Under the pieces are notes generated by a model that was given only the letters and a program-made list of their open reading frames with translations, ran no database searches and had not been told where the DNA came from. A stretch of DNA of 64,000 nt from an uncultured archaeon (lineage in GTDB: Archaea > Asgardarchaeota > Thorarchaeia > Thorarchaeales > Thorarchaeaceae), in assembly GCA_964558645.1 (NCBI GenBank), contig CAZLEV010000008.1, forward strand, positions 32,001 to 96,000, written 5' to 3'. Positions 46,681-57,716 of the stretch are shown here, piece after piece. A program made the translations under genes and the position numbers. Each line of letters starts with the position of its first letter. The first letter of the stretch is position 1.

Positions 46681-47916
46681 TCAATCCATCTTTACAGACA
46701 GAACGGCAACGACAAGCACCCCAACAATAAGGGCCGCGACTAGCACGACACGCCAGTCTATCAGGACTGGTGCTGGATTGTTTGGGTCTTCAACAGCAAG
46801 CAGCACATTGGGATTCTGTCCGAGCAGTTTCAGAGACCAAATTGCTGGACCGATGTTCACCGTGTTCCCAACTTCCCGTCCGGGAGTGAAACCCCAGCTC
46901 CCGTCGGCCGATTGGCAATCGAGTATGAAATCGACTGCAATGGACTTGTTCACTTGACTGTCTACCGCATCTAGAGCATCAAGGGCAAGCAGTGCATAGT
47001 AGGTGCTCATGATGTTTGTATCGTTCGTGTTGACTCCCTCGGTGAAGCCTCCAATGTACTGGTTGCTTAGAGGCGTCTGTACCTGTAGGTCTCCAATCCA
47101 GTTTACAATATCCTGAATATCGTCTGAAATCTGAGGCAGCGCATTGAGGATCTCCAGAGAAAGAAGGGCTGATGCTGTTGCTGTAACCCCGCTTACCTTG
47201 CTTTCCGGGGTTGGCTTGAACGCGTCGCCTTCTCGGCAGCTCAGAATCCAGTCCACTGTTGCTGTAGCATTCGGCAACCATACATCCCATGTCTGTTCTG
47301 GTGAATCTTCGCTGATTGCTTCAAGAATATCTCTCATTGTTGCAAGAGCGTGATAAGTTGCAAGCATCGTCGAGTCTTCGCCCTCACTTGATCCGAAGCC
47401 GCCATTTTCATTGTGCGTCTTGTTGACATATACTAGTGTAGCTGTCAGATTGAGTGAAACCGCCTTCATCCCTGGAATATCATCGTGTTGACTCAGAATG
47501 AACCATGTCTGAATACCAGTGAATGTCGAATGGATGTCATATGAACCCGCGATGAAGCTTGCCATGCTTCCATACTGGTCATCGGTTTCATCCAGTGCAC
47601 GTATCCACTGAAGCTTCTGTGTGAAGTTCTTCATCCTCACAAGGTCAAATGCTGGGGGCCTTGCGGCAAAGTAGCCCATTTCGTTTAGTGCCAGTGCGGC
47701 TGAATATGTTGGTTCATTGCGGGATAATGTTTCGCCCACTCTTCTGAAAGCCCGCTCACCTTTCTCGTCGTATCTGTCAACGAGGAATGCATAGAGTGAT
47801 TCCAGTCGGGTTCCGGGATTGGCCGCTGCGGGTTGAACTGCCAGCGCCATCACAACCAGAGCTATTGCTACAGTGATGCCTGCTATTCGTGCCTTCTTCA
47901 TATGGACTACCTTCAC
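46681..47916 (-). CDS. Secreted, membrane-anchored prenyltransferase/squalene-cyclase repeat (alpha/alpha toroid) protein
   Basis: Signal peptide; repeats NENGGFG..TYHAL, GGF..STYYAL and QSADGSWG; C-terminal TM helix. Confidence 0.85.
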   Translation of the reverse strand: MKVVHMKKARIAGITVAIALVVMALAVQPAAANPGTRLESLYAFLVDRYDEKGERAFRRVGETLSRNEPTYSAALALNEMGYFAARPPAFDLVRMKNFTQKLQWIRALDETDDQYGSMASFIAGSYDIHSTFTGIQTWFILSQHDDIPGMKAVSLNLTATLVYVNKTHNENGGFGSSEGEDSTMLATYHALATMRDILEAISEDSPEQTWDVWLPNATATVDWILSCREGDAFKPTPESKVSGVTATASALLSLEILNALPQISDDIQDIVNWIGDLQVQTPLSNQYIGGFTEGVNTNDTNIMSTYYALLALDALDAVDSQVNKSIAVDFILDCQSADGSWGFTPGREVGNTVNIGPAIWSLKLLGQNPNVLLAVEDPNNPAPVLIDWRVVLVAALIVGVLVVAVLSVKMD

Positions 47917-47988
47917 TCAAAGCTCTACGTTTTCAGCCTCGGACAGGGGCACGGTTATTAACGTTTCCCCAAGAGAAGAAACGTACGA

Positions 47989-48951
47989 CTACGCATAGCC
48001 ACGAGGAGAGTCATCAAGACAGTACCTCTTTATGTATGTATACGCTGAGTCCGCTGCGATTGCACCTGTACCGGTGGCAACAACAATCTGCTTCATGGAT
48101 TCTATGACATCTCCCGCAGCAAAGACACCTGCTATGTTTGTGGCTTGTTTGTCGTCAACTAGGATCTCTCCTCTCTTGTTAGTCTTAACTCCAATATCTC
48201 GTGCAAGCTTGCTCTCAGGATTGGAGCCGAGTGCCACGAATGCACCATCCACCCGCAGTTCTCGTGTTTCCTCGGTCTTTACATTTTGGAGGACAATCGT
48301 GTCAAGAACATCAGCACCCCTGAACTCCTTGGCGATGGTGTCCCAGAGGATTTCAACGTCACTGTTGAAGATAATTTCTTGGAGGGCGGAGTCAGCTCTA
48401 AGCTCATTACGTCTGTGAATGAGATAGGTTGTCTGTGTCAAGTCCGCCAGATAGACTGCCTCGGTCACAGCTGTATTTCCGCCACCAATGACTGCTACAG
48501 TCTTGTCACGGAAGAGTGGGCCATCACAAGTTGCACAATATGATACCCCTCTACCTGTGAGCTCGGCCTCACCAGGGATATTGAGTTTCCGATGTCCTCC
48601 CCCGGTGGCGATGATGATTGCCTTCGCATGGTAGTTCCCTCTGCGAGTCTCAAGAATGAAGTCCTCTCCGACCTCCTCAGGTGCTATTATCTTCTTGACT
48701 TCGGTTATCTCTCTGATTCCGGCGCCGCACTTCTTCACCTGCTCCTTCATTCTGTTGGCCAGTTCTATTCCGGTGATGAAATTGAAACCGGGGTAGTTCT
48801 CGATTCCCGGACTCGTTGCCTGCGCTCCACCAAGTACTTTCTCTTCCACAAGCAGAGTCTTGAGACCGTATCTCGCTCCGTAGATGGCGGATGTCATCCC
48901 TGCTGGTCCACCACCGACAACAATCAATTCCCAATTCAGGTCTTCAGTCAT
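47989..48951 (-). CDS. trxB: Thioredoxin-disulfide reductase
   Basis: GGGPAG, ENYPG, GVSYCATCDG, GGGNTA, HRR and FAAGD motifs. Confidence 0.95.
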   Translation of the reverse strand: MTEDLNWELIVVGGGPAGMTSAIYGARYGLKTLLVEEKVLGGAQATSPGIENYPGFNFITGIELANRMKEQVKKCGAGIREITEVKKIIAPEEVGEDFILETRRGNYHAKAIIIATGGGHRKLNIPGEAELTGRGVSYCATCDGPLFRDKTVAVIGGGNTAVTEAVYLADLTQTTYLIHRRNELRADSALQEIIFNSDVEILWDTIAKEFRGADVLDTIVLQNVKTEETRELRVDGAFVALGSNPESKLARDIGVKTNKRGEILVDDKQATNIAGVFAAGDVIESMKQIVVATGTGAIAADSAYTYIKRYCLDDSPRGYA

Positions 48952-49006
48952 GCTTGGTCCTCCGATGCGCTATCCATCTTTAAACTACTCTACTCATTTC
49001 TTTCGG

Positions 49007-49858
49007 TCATGGGGTGAACACTTCTTCAATGTCCGAGTCGGACAGTCCCACTTCGGGTTTAAGTTCGTACCGCTTCTCCGGTAGGAGGAGGTCGGCAATC
49101 CTAGAAAAAGTGACCTCACGAATTGGGGCATTACCACGGTGGGTGAGAAAGGCTGCCTTTCTGATCTTCTCAGGATTATAGATAAACATCTGACCGGGTC
49201 CTACAGCAAATACCTTGTCAACACGGCCCAGTCCCTCCCACGGCCATACTGAATCATTGAAAGACTCGATGACGACCGTGTCCGAAATCTTCTCAATTGC
49301 CGCGAAAGACGCATTGACGGTGTCCTCAAAGAGCTCTCTCTCGATATCTTGTGCTCTCTCGAGACTCGCGACAGGAAGACAGTCCTCGCCATCAACAAGG
49401 TGTTTCGTTTCAGCATGGGTCAGCAGTATAGACTGGTTGTCGATGAGCTGTTTCGCCACCAGGAAGATTGAATCAAGCTCACCATTGTCAGGTCTTGTGA
49501 AGCGTTGGATACCGAAGAAAGCGTCCCATCCTGCCAGGCCGAGCGTACTGAAGTATGTCCTACCGGGTCGTTCGATGTTGGATGGTACCCAGAGGGTATG
49601 GACGGGGTTGGCAACCTGTATTGGGACGCGTGAGTCGATTTCCTGTCTTGTTCTCACAGCGTCGTAAGATACGAGTTGTCTTTCCTGGATGCAGTCTTTG
49701 GTATGCTCATATCGGTACCAGTAATTGTGGCCACTTACCGGTTTGAAGTACTCGACTTCTCGGCCCTTACCTCTCAAAGCCCCGCACAGCTGTATGGCCA
49801 GCTTGGTCTTACCTGAGTCGAATGTGTTGATCCCCAGTATCAGGATTCTTGTTACCAA
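49007..49858 (-). CDS. Archaeal predicted P-loop ATPase/GTPase (COG4028-like)
   Basis: FDSGKT, FKPVSGHNYW, NPVH and IESFND motifs. Confidence 0.75.
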   Translation of the reverse strand: MVTRILILGINTFDSGKTKLAIQLCGALRGKGREVEYFKPVSGHNYWYRYEHTKDCIQERQLVSYDAVRTRQEIDSRVPIQVANPVHTLWVPSNIERPGRTYFSTLGLAGWDAFFGIQRFTRPDNGELDSIFLVAKQLIDNQSILLTHAETKHLVDGEDCLPVASLERAQDIERELFEDTVNASFAAIEKISDTVVIESFNDSVWPWEGLGRVDKVFAVGPGQMFIYNPEKIRKAAFLTHRGNAPIREVTFSRIADLLLPEKRYELKPEVGLSDSDIEEVFTP

Positions 49859-49872
49859 AAGCTATACCTCTG

Positions 49873-49907
49873 AGAAAAAGAAGTGAGTGGGAGCCTAGAG
49901 AGGCTCC
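49873..49907 (-). terminator. Hairpin plus T-tract after the thermosome gene
   Basis: On the minus strand, GGAGCCT-CTCT-AGGCTCC followed by CACTCACTTCTTTTTCT. Confidence 0.6.
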
Positions 49908-49924
49908 GCTGTTTGTATTTGGTA

Positions 49925-51598
49925 TTACATCATGCCGGGCATGCCGCCCATGCCACCCATACCGCCCATACCACCCATGCCACCTGGACCGCCTGCACCT
50001 GGCGGAGGTCCTGAGGTTGCCTTAGCTGCGATGACATCATCAATCCTGAGAATCATCTGTGCGGCCTCAGCAGCTGAGCGAATCGCCTGCTGCTTAACAC
50101 GTGCGGGTTCGATAACGCCCTCTTTCATCATGTCCTTGGTCTTGCCTTGGAGGACTTCGACGCCGTACCAGAGCCCGGTCTCTTTGGCGTGTTCTTTGTT
50201 GAGCTCGGCAATGATGTCGATTGGATCATGCCCGCCATTCTCTGCAAGTGTCTTGGGTACAACACGAAGGGCCTCTGCAAATGCTTCTATGGCCAGCTGT
50301 TCGCGACCTTCGACCTTATCTGCGAATCTCTCCAAACGTCTTGCAATCTCGGCTTCAACAGATCCCCCACCGCCAACGTAAGTGGCATCTTCGACGACAT
50401 TCCGTACAACGCAGAGTGCATCATGGATTGCTCTCTCTGCCTCATCGACGACATGTTCAGTTCCACCACGAATGACTATTGACACCGCTTTCGGGTCTGC
50501 ACATTCTCTCACATAGACAAGCTTATCGTCGCCAATTCTGACCTCTTCAACAATCCCTGCTTCACCGAGGATATCAGCGTCGAGTTCATCGAGGCTTGAG
50601 GCTATCTTGCCGCCTGTGGCCTTTGCTAGCTTCTCAAGTGTGCTCTTCTTGGCTCGTCGGATGGTGAGAACGCCTGCCTTGGCCAAGAAATGCTGGGCAA
50701 CGTCATCAACGCCCTTCTGGCATATGAGAACGTTGGCTCCAATATTGACGATATCGTCAACCATCTTCTTCAGCATTCGCTCTTCTTGGTCAAGGAATGC
50801 CTGAATCTGGTCCGGATTGTCAATCTTGATCTCCGCGTCAAACTCGGTCTTTTCGACCTCAATAGCAGAATTGATCAGAGCAATCTTCGCATCTGCGACC
50901 TTTCTGGGCATTGAGGCATGAACTATCTCTTTGTCAATGACCATTCCATTGACGAGTTCTGTTTCTCGAAGGCTCTTGCCCTGCTTCTTGATGACTTCAA
51001 TCATATCAATATCTGCCTCAGTCCTGCCATCGATTTCTTCAGCAATCTGCAGAACTGCCTCAACAGCGATATCGGCAAAGTGGTCTTTCTCGCCCACAAT
51101 CGACTTGCTGTTCATTGATGTTGACGCTATCTCTTTCAAGATCTTCTTGTCCATGCCTTCCATGGAAACTGAGATTTCGTTGAGAATCCTTGTTGCCTCT
51201 TCAGCAGCTTTCTGGTAGCCACCCACTAGAATTGTGGGATGAATCTTCTTCTCTAACAATGACTGTGCTCTCTTGAGCAGCTCTCCTGCGATTACCACTG
51301 AAGTTGTAGTTCCGTCACCAGTTTCCTGGTCTTGGCTCTTGGCAACTTCAACAAGCATCTTGGCTGCTGGATGCTGAACATCGATCTCCTTCAGTATTGA
51401 CGCACCATCGTTGGTGATTGTGACATCACCGAGTGAGTCAACAAGCATCTTATCCATTCCTCGGGGTCCGAGGGTGGATTTGACAGCATCAGAGATTACT
51501 ATGCCAGCCATTATGTTATTCTCTTGTGCGGACTTTCCGCGGGAACGCTGAGTCCCCTCTTTCAATATTAGAATCGGTTGTCCTGACATTTGTGCCAT
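49925..51598 (-). CDS. ths: Thermosome subunit (group II chaperonin)
   Basis: [21 protein letters not shown] and ILRIDD motifs; C-terminal GGM repeats. Confidence 0.97.
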   Translation of the reverse strand: MAQMSGQPILILKEGTQRSRGKSAQENNIMAGIVISDAVKSTLGPRGMDKMLVDSLGDVTITNDGASILKEIDVQHPAAKMLVEVAKSQDQETGDGTTTSVVIAGELLKRAQSLLEKKIHPTILVGGYQKAAEEATRILNEISVSMEGMDKKILKEIASTSMNSKSIVGEKDHFADIAVEAVLQIAEEIDGRTEADIDMIEVIKKQGKSLRETELVNGMVIDKEIVHASMPRKVADAKIALINSAIEVEKTEFDAEIKIDNPDQIQAFLDQEERMLKKMVDDIVNIGANVLICQKGVDDVAQHFLAKAGVLTIRRAKKSTLEKLAKATGGKIASSLDELDADILGEAGIVEEVRIGDDKLVYVRECADPKAVSIVIRGGTEHVVDEAERAIHDALCVVRNVVEDATYVGGGGSVEAEIARRLERFADKVEGREQLAIEAFAEALRVVPKTLAENGGHDPIDIIAELNKEHAKETGLWYGVEVLQGKTKDMMKEGVIEPARVKQQAIRSAAEAAQMILRIDDVIAAKATSGPPPGAGGPGGMGGMGGMGGMGGMPGMM

Positions 51599-52007
51599 TT
51601 GTTTTTCCCCTTTTGTTTCTTCAATTCTTTCTGCGACCTCAAGGCCATCTCACGATGGATTAGGCCGCGGGATTTGTGTTAAAACTGTACATGGACTTCG
51701 GTGGTTTCGCACTTAAAGCTTGTCCTAGCTGAACGCGATTCGGTGAGCATAAATAGTTTGTGAACTGACAGTTGACAGATAGGCGGCAGGGACCTCACTC
51801 AGCTTCATAAGCTCATCTAACAAGAACTGAGGATGACGAGACTTGGCTGTGTCGTACGATGAAGAGTAAGACATGAATCATGCGAACCAGCCAGTCTGGT
51901 CACATATCCTTGTATTACTCTCCTCGACTTTTCACACAGAGCCCCTATACTCGAAGAACTTAAAAGATGTGACTGGCATTTACGCTTAGTTGATGGTATG
52001 GAGATGA

Positions 52008-53198
52008 TTGAGGATGAGAAAGCATCATCTACTTCTTAGTATAGTTGTAACTATGATTACGATATCAGGACTCCTTACTCGCGGGTCGGTGAGTAACTCA
52101 CCGTCTGATGTTATCCTTCGTAACCATGATTCTGATCTCACGAACGGCGAAATCCTGAATCTAGCCGATTTCTGCTCGAGGAACCAAAAGGCCGTAATAG
52201 TAAGTAGGAATACATACTCGATTCGAAATATTCCCTTAGTGCATTATGAGAATTCCTTAGACCTTCGATCTGGGGAACACACAGTTAAATCAGGGTCAAC
52301 TGAATCTCTTACGATGTATAACTACAAGTATGTAGTTATTCTGCCTAATGACACAATCAGAGAAAGAGAGTTCTACCTCAACTCTTCAGACAGCACACAA
52401 CTCAATCTAGCAATCAGGGCAGAAGTCGCTGCATTGAAGAACGCAGTTTGGTCAGTAAGTAAGAAACTCGCCTTAGCACAGATCATCGGTGATAGCGGCG
52501 GAATAGTGGCCCATTACAGTTGGCATCGCTTTGTCACATATTATGTAACTGGGTGGGAACGCGACGGCGACTATACCGTAGAGGTGAGTGCTTGGAGAGA
52601 TATATACAAGTGCGAATTAGACATTAGTGGAAATAGATACTGGGAATCCGAATGGCGACTCTTGTCATCTGTTGATCCGGATGATTATGAGGAATCCTAC
52701 ACTTTGGGGGTAGGACCCTACGTTACTGTTAGAGGCATGGATTATGATGAAGACAATCTGGTGCTCAATAAGTATGGACCTACAGGAACTGTCCATACTT
52801 ATTCATATGGATGGAACACACAAATACAAATCGGGCCCAGTGGCCCCGTATACCAAGTTGGTTTGTCACAATCATCAGGCCATTCTGATGTGGAAACTTG
52901 GGACTGGACATCAGCCGCTAATTCTCATTGCACATGGAATGAGGTCTTTTCAGAGCCTGATTACTCGATATGGCCATATATGATCCCTCCCCCCAATGTG
53001 GCTCATAGTACGTATACCTCATATCAAGGCGCAGAGTTCTTTGGTGGTTCCGGCGCATCTATGTCTGGCACACAACTGTACGTTGTGGAGTTCCGAAAGG
53101 ATTACAACTTCAGAATCGTGAATTTCTTCTGGTTGCAGTGGGACAGCTCGTATATCCAGCCATACTTCGAAGACGACATACCTCCATACTCATCGTGA
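52008..53198 (+). CDS. Secreted hypothetical protein with a Y/W/S/T-rich beta-strand C-terminal domain
   Basis: N-terminal signal or anchor sequence; visibly more AT-rich codon usage than neighbouring genes. Confidence 0.75.
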   Translation: MRMRKHHLLLSIVVTMITISGLLTRGSVSNSPSDVILRNHDSDLTNGEILNLADFCSRNQKAVIVSRNTYSIRNIPLVHYENSLDLRSGEHTVKSGSTESLTMYNYKYVVILPNDTIREREFYLNSSDSTQLNLAIRAEVAALKNAVWSVSKKLALAQIIGDSGGIVAHYSWHRFVTYYVTGWERDGDYTVEVSAWRDIYKCELDISGNRYWESEWRLLSSVDPDDYEESYTLGVGPYVTVRGMDYDEDNLVLNKYGPTGTVHTYSYGWNTQIQIGPSGPVYQVGLSQSSGHSDVETWDWTSAANSHCTWNEVFSEPDYSIWPYMIPPPNVAHSTYTSYQGAEFFGGSGASMSGTQLYVVEFRKDYNFRIVNFFWLQWDSSYIQPYFEDDIPPYSS

Positions 53199-53714
53199 GA
53201 GCGGAGAAGTGTCGACCCTGTCGGTATATCCCTCAGGGCGGCCTCTTACTCTATCCTTGATGTGTGAAAGGGTTTGCCTCTCGCCAGAACGGGCCATCTT
53301 CTAGTATAGAAGATAGTACGGAGTAGAGTATCAGGATAATGCACTGACTTGTTGTGGCCAGATGTCCTTTTGCCCTCCCTCAACTCTCTAGAACTGTACC
53401 ACTCATCTGGCTTCTAAGATACAAGCTATATGGTACCGATGGTAGATTCAGCACAATTCGTTCCAAAATGAAAAGCAAGAAAGGAAGGAGGTAGGGAGTT
53501 CAAGACCAGTAGTCAGTGGATGGGTTCTTGCTGGGACAAGCGATATGTGTAAGTACAGGTTCGATTTCGTCCGGGCAAGGTATTCAAGTGGAAAGTCATT
53601 TGAGAAACGGGCAAACACTTGGGAGTCCAATTCAATCAGATTCTGATGATTTCTGAAACCCAACGAAAACATTAAATGATTGCCTCTTAGTGATATCGTG
53701 TAACGGGCATCAGG

Positions 53715-54437
53715 ATGATTATGCTTCAGGAAACTACCCAAGGCGGAACCACATTGGTTCCATTCATATTCATTCCCTTCCTTGTTCTTGTAGTTTCGCT
53801 GCTGATATACAAACTGTGGAAAGCCGTGAAGGCCCGAATCGATAGGTCAGAAGACCCATTCGAACAAGCAGAGAGAACAGAAGAGGTCACGCATCTACTG
53901 AGAGTGAGTTCACGCAAGACCAGACTTATTGCTGCCCTCATCATCATGTCAGTAGCGGTAGCAGGAATCGTCGTGGTTGGCCGGCAACCCGTTCACAGGA
54001 CAGACATAGAACACACTGACACACTGGGAGATGTCATTGATGCGGACATCGATATCATAGGAATCAGATCATACCTGAACGGCACAGAATTGTATCTACA
54101 AATGACTGTAGCAGGTAGAATTGTGACAGATACCACTCGGTATCAATACGAGATGCTAGTCATTGCAAAGAGTCTTGATGGTGGCGATCACATCATCACA
54201 AATGGCAGTAGCGGCCATATCTATGCACTCTTTGCATACATGAATGGATCGGTAGCTCCGTCGCTATACTCACCTCGTAGTCATGCAGATGGCTCAACCT
54301 TGACCATTGCTGTTTCGCTGTCAATGTTCTCTTCTGGAAGCTACATGATAGGCCTTGAGGGCATAGCGAAGAACGGATTGGAACAGGACTACACTCCAGA
54401 GGACCGAGATAGCGAGATTCCCCGTCTGCTCTTTTAG
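53715..54437 (+). CDS. Membrane protein (2 TM) with extracellular beta-rich domain
   Basis: Two hydrophobic helices followed by a DIDI...LYLQMTVAG beta-sandwich-like domain. Confidence 0.75.
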   Translation: MIMLQETTQGGTTLVPFIFIPFLVLVVSLLIYKLWKAVKARIDRSEDPFEQAERTEEVTHLLRVSSRKTRLIAALIIMSVAVAGIVVVGRQPVHRTDIEHTDTLGDVIDADIDIIGIRSYLNGTELYLQMTVAGRIVTDTTRYQYEMLVIAKSLDGGDHIITNGSSGHIYALFAYMNGSVAPSLYSPRSHADGSTLTIAVSLSMFSSGSYMIGLEGIAKNGLEQDYTPEDRDSEIPRLLF

Positions 54438-54479
54438 GATGGACGTTTGCCTGAGAACTCTTCTACCAACCGCTGATTC

Positions 54480-55800
54480 CAAGGAAATTCACGCCGGATA
54501 TCGGTCATCCCCCTTGTCACCAAGAAACCGAATTGTTAGGAGAACTAGACAGTGGGGCAATCGAATTCGAAAGATTGACGAGGTGCATTGAAAACCTCTA
54601 CTCTTTAAACAAGACCAAGCTACGGGTCTACTGTTCCAATTTCGCACCAGTCCACCATCAGAAAGAAATCAGAAACTTGGAGGAGTTTCTCAAGACACAT
54701 CAAGAGGCCATCGCAAAACGATTACGAACTGACTCGCATTGGAGGACCAAGAGTTTCCTGTGCTGAAGATCCCAACCAAGGAAACAGCTCCGTAGGCAAG
54801 GATTCGGGCATAAGACTCGACCTGTGAAACCCAATCTCTCCAATATCGCTATACAGCATCGCGGGGTCGAGATAGTCTTACCAGACAGAGTCGCCGGCCT
54901 TCACAGCCGTGTAAAGTGACTCGTCCTGTGCGTCGGCCGTGCTGTTGTCCATGAACAGGACGTCGAAGGCGGCGGCCAGTCGTTTGTCCAAGAGTGTGTC
55001 CATCCTAGGGGAGAGCGACAAGAAGAGCTCCGTTCATCCTTGGGATAGAGGTAGACCACGCATTCATCATGCCCTCACGCATGTTGTCGCGAATCTACAT
55101 GGAGAAACGGTTTCAACCATTCCTATCAGGAATACTGATGACATTGACCTGACCAACGCGGTCAATATCAGTGGATCTGCCTATCCCGGATAGGACATCC
55201 TGAATGTCACTCAGTTGTTCTGCACTCCCATATCGCTGGGGTCTGAGCGGCTGGACATGGTGGAGGACGGCTCCTTGTTCTATGTTGCGGACAGGAACCT
55301 TGGCGATGCAGACATCACCGTCACCTATCTGTAGGCCAATCGGACCTAGTCCCCTCCTCCATTCCGGTTTCCGGACTCAGTGGGGTATTAGGCTCAGGCG
55401 AGCTGTTCTACTGAACCATGATATGTACCCCCAAAGCAGGGAGAGTCTTGCCCCACCGGCGCACGTGATTGACTCCATGAAGTACTGGTACTACTGGGTC
55501 TGCATGAAAGGCGAGAGGCTGTTTCCCCTTCAAGAGGGTGAACTGGTGGTGACTACCGACTTCAGGAATGTGATTGTTGTGCATCTCGCCGGGGCCTATG
55601 CCAACTTCTTTGCAGCTCATCCCATTGAGATGTGTCTGCCTCTAGGACAGATTGCTGAATACAGGATACTGAGCTTCGCAATGAGTTCATCTAGGTTGCG
55701 GTTTCTTAGCGTGCTTCCACATAAGAGAAGACAGGGAAATGCCCTTGAGGAGCGAACGCATATCATTCAGAGAGTTAGAGGATTCTACCAGCTTGAATAG
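54480..55800. pseudogene. Probable decayed gene fragments
   Basis: Protein-like stretches broken by stops, for example ...NAVNISGSAYPG*DILNVTQLF...DITVTYL* on the plus strand, and a GC-rich minus-strand fragment MDTLLDKRLAAAFDVLFMD. Confidence 0.4.
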
Positions 55801-56009
55801 CTTTAGAGCGAGAAATCTGCTGCCCTGACATGTATGAAAAACGTTGCCTTGAAGCAACAGAAGAATACGGTGCGCGACATCCAGTCTGCGAAATACCGAC
55901 TATAAGAAGCTTTGTGAACGGGAAGTTACAGAATCGGGGCACCAAAGAGGTTAAGACCCAGCATTTTCTAGGAGTTCACAGCCTAACTCTTTCAGGTCGG
56001 GACGAATCA

Positions 56010-57716
56010 ATGGACATATCATTCAACATAGGTGGCGAGGCTGGCCAGGGAATCGACACGATCGGTGACCTTTTGGCTCAGGTTTTTGTGAAGGCCGGAT
56101 TCTATACCTTCACAATAAAGGACTACCGCTCACGGGTTCGCGGTGGATACAACTTTACTCAGATTCGAGTTTCGGATAGACCCGTGCATGTTCACCGCGA
56201 AGAGATTGATGTGATGATTGCCCTGACAGAAGAGGCGGTGGCTATGCGTCGCGATCACCTCAGTGAGAAGGGGGTCATCATCTTCGACAAATCCACAGAT
56301 GTAGATGAACCCGACGAGTGCCATTTCCGGGTACCATTGGAGGAGATTGCTAGAGAGGTAGGTGGCAGCGACAGGATGACGAATGTCGCAGCTCTCGGTG
56401 CGCTTCTGTCCATTCTCAATTTCCCTCTGCATCTTGCTGGAGAGGTGATATCCGACATCTTCATGAAGAAAGGCAAAGACATCGTGAAGTCCAACTTGGA
56501 TGTCGCCCAAGCAGCATACGACTATACCAAGGACTACTTCGACAGAGAATGCACTGAGAATCTTGAGGAACTGCAGAGGGGGCCCTCAGAAGACCGACTG
56601 CTTATTACAGGGAATCAGGGTGTCGCATTGGGTGCATTAGCTGCGAACCTGAAGTGGATATCTTCCTATCCCATGAGCCCCTCGACCTCCGTCTTCGTGG
56701 AGATTTTGAAGCATTCGCGGCGCCTCAAAGTGGCCGCAATGCAGACAGAGGATGAGATTGCGGGCCTCTGTATGGCCATTGGAGCCTCATTCGTAGGAGC
56801 AAGATCCATGGTCACGACATCGGGAGGGGGATTCTCTCTGATGGTGGAGTCTCTCGGTCTGTCCGCAATGAGCGAGACCCCCGTGGTCATCTATAACGCT
56901 CAGAGACCCGGTCCGAGTACTGGATTACCGACGCGCACGGAGCAGGGCGATCTTCTCTTCGTGACCTTTGCAAGCCAGGGAGAGTTTCCGCGAATAATCC
57001 TAGCTCCCAGAGACCCGACCGAGGCCTTCTACATCACTGCTCGCGCATTCAATCTGGCAGACAGGTTTCAGGTTCCGGTCATGATTCTGGGCGATCAACA
57101 TCTGGCCGATTCCGTCAAGAATGTGGGACGACTGAATGTATCTGAGACATCAATCGATAGAGGGAAGCTGGCTGAGTCTACCGGAAACGATTACAGGCGT
57201 CATGCGTTCACCGATGATGGCATATCTCCCAGAGCCTTTCCGGGTCAACAGGGAATCACTGTCGTATCGACAGGCAACACGCATGACGAGGGCGGCCATA
57301 TCAGTGAAGACCCTGAAACTCGCAACAAGATGGTGGAGAAACGGCTGGAGAAGATTCCGGGCATTCTCGAGGCCTTGCATCCTCCTGTCTACTTCGGTCC
57401 ATCTAGTGCACAGGTGACGCTCCTCTCTTGGGGGAGCACATGGGGGGCAGTCAGAGAGGTTGTAGAAACACAGAGTGGGTCGAAGTATCGACAGCTGCAC
57501 TTCAGCGACATATATCCACTCAGAACCGAGGAGCTGAGGTCTGTTTTTGAAGACTCGGAGGTAGTAATATCAGTCGAGCAGAATGCGACAGGGCAGTTTG
57601 CAAAACTGGTGAAGATGGAAACAGGTTTGTCTGTTGATCAAAAGGTCACCAAGTATGATGGGAGGCCCATGTCACCGGGCTGGCTACGCTCGGCTTTGAA
57701 GGAGGTTGGTTTCTGA
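56010..57716 (+). CDS. korA: 2-oxoacid:ferredoxin oxidoreductase alpha subunit (gamma-alpha fused, KorA-type)
   Basis: GGEAGQGI, SRVRGG, YPMSPS, EDEIA, TSGGGFSLM and RPGPSTGLPT motifs. Likely start at 56010 (track 55830). Confidence 0.92.
   Translation: MDISFNIGGEAGQGIDTIGDLLAQVFVKAGFYTFTIKDYRSRVRGGYNFTQIRVSDRPVHVHREEIDVMIALTEEAVAMRRDHLSEKGVIIFDKSTDVDEPDECHFRVPLEEIAREVGGSDRMTNVAALGALLSILNFPLHLAGEVISDIFMKKGKDIVKSNLDVAQAAYDYTKDYFDRECTENLEELQRGPSEDRLLITGNQGVALGALAANLKWISSYPMSPSTSVFVEILKHSRRLKVAAMQTEDEIAGLCMAIGASFVGARSMVTTSGGGFSLMVESLGLSAMSETPVVIYNAQRPGPSTGLPTRTEQGDLLFVTFASQGEFPRIILAPRDPTEAFYITARAFNLADRFQVPVMILGDQHLADSVKNVGRLNVSETSIDRGKLAESTGNDYRRHAFTDDGISPRAFPGQQGITVVSTGNTHDEGGHISEDPETRNKMVEKRLEKIPGILEALHPPVYFGPSSAQVTLLSWGSTWGAVREVVETQSGSKYRQLHFSDIYPLRTEELRSVFEDSEVVISVEQNATGQFAKLVKMETGLSVDQKVTKYDGRPMSPGWLRSALKEVGF

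Noticed and set aside
49925-50000. Tandem repeat (GGM codons) and the antisense Pro-rich ORF at 49932-50381
   Set aside because: This is the ordinary Gly-Gly-Met chaperonin tail; the plus-strand ORF is its shadow.
55191-55350. In-frame TAG codons read as pyrrolysine
   Set aside because: TAG ends several clear genes in this window (porB, smc, moxR, sdhB), and the region also appears to shift frame, so decay is the simpler explanation.
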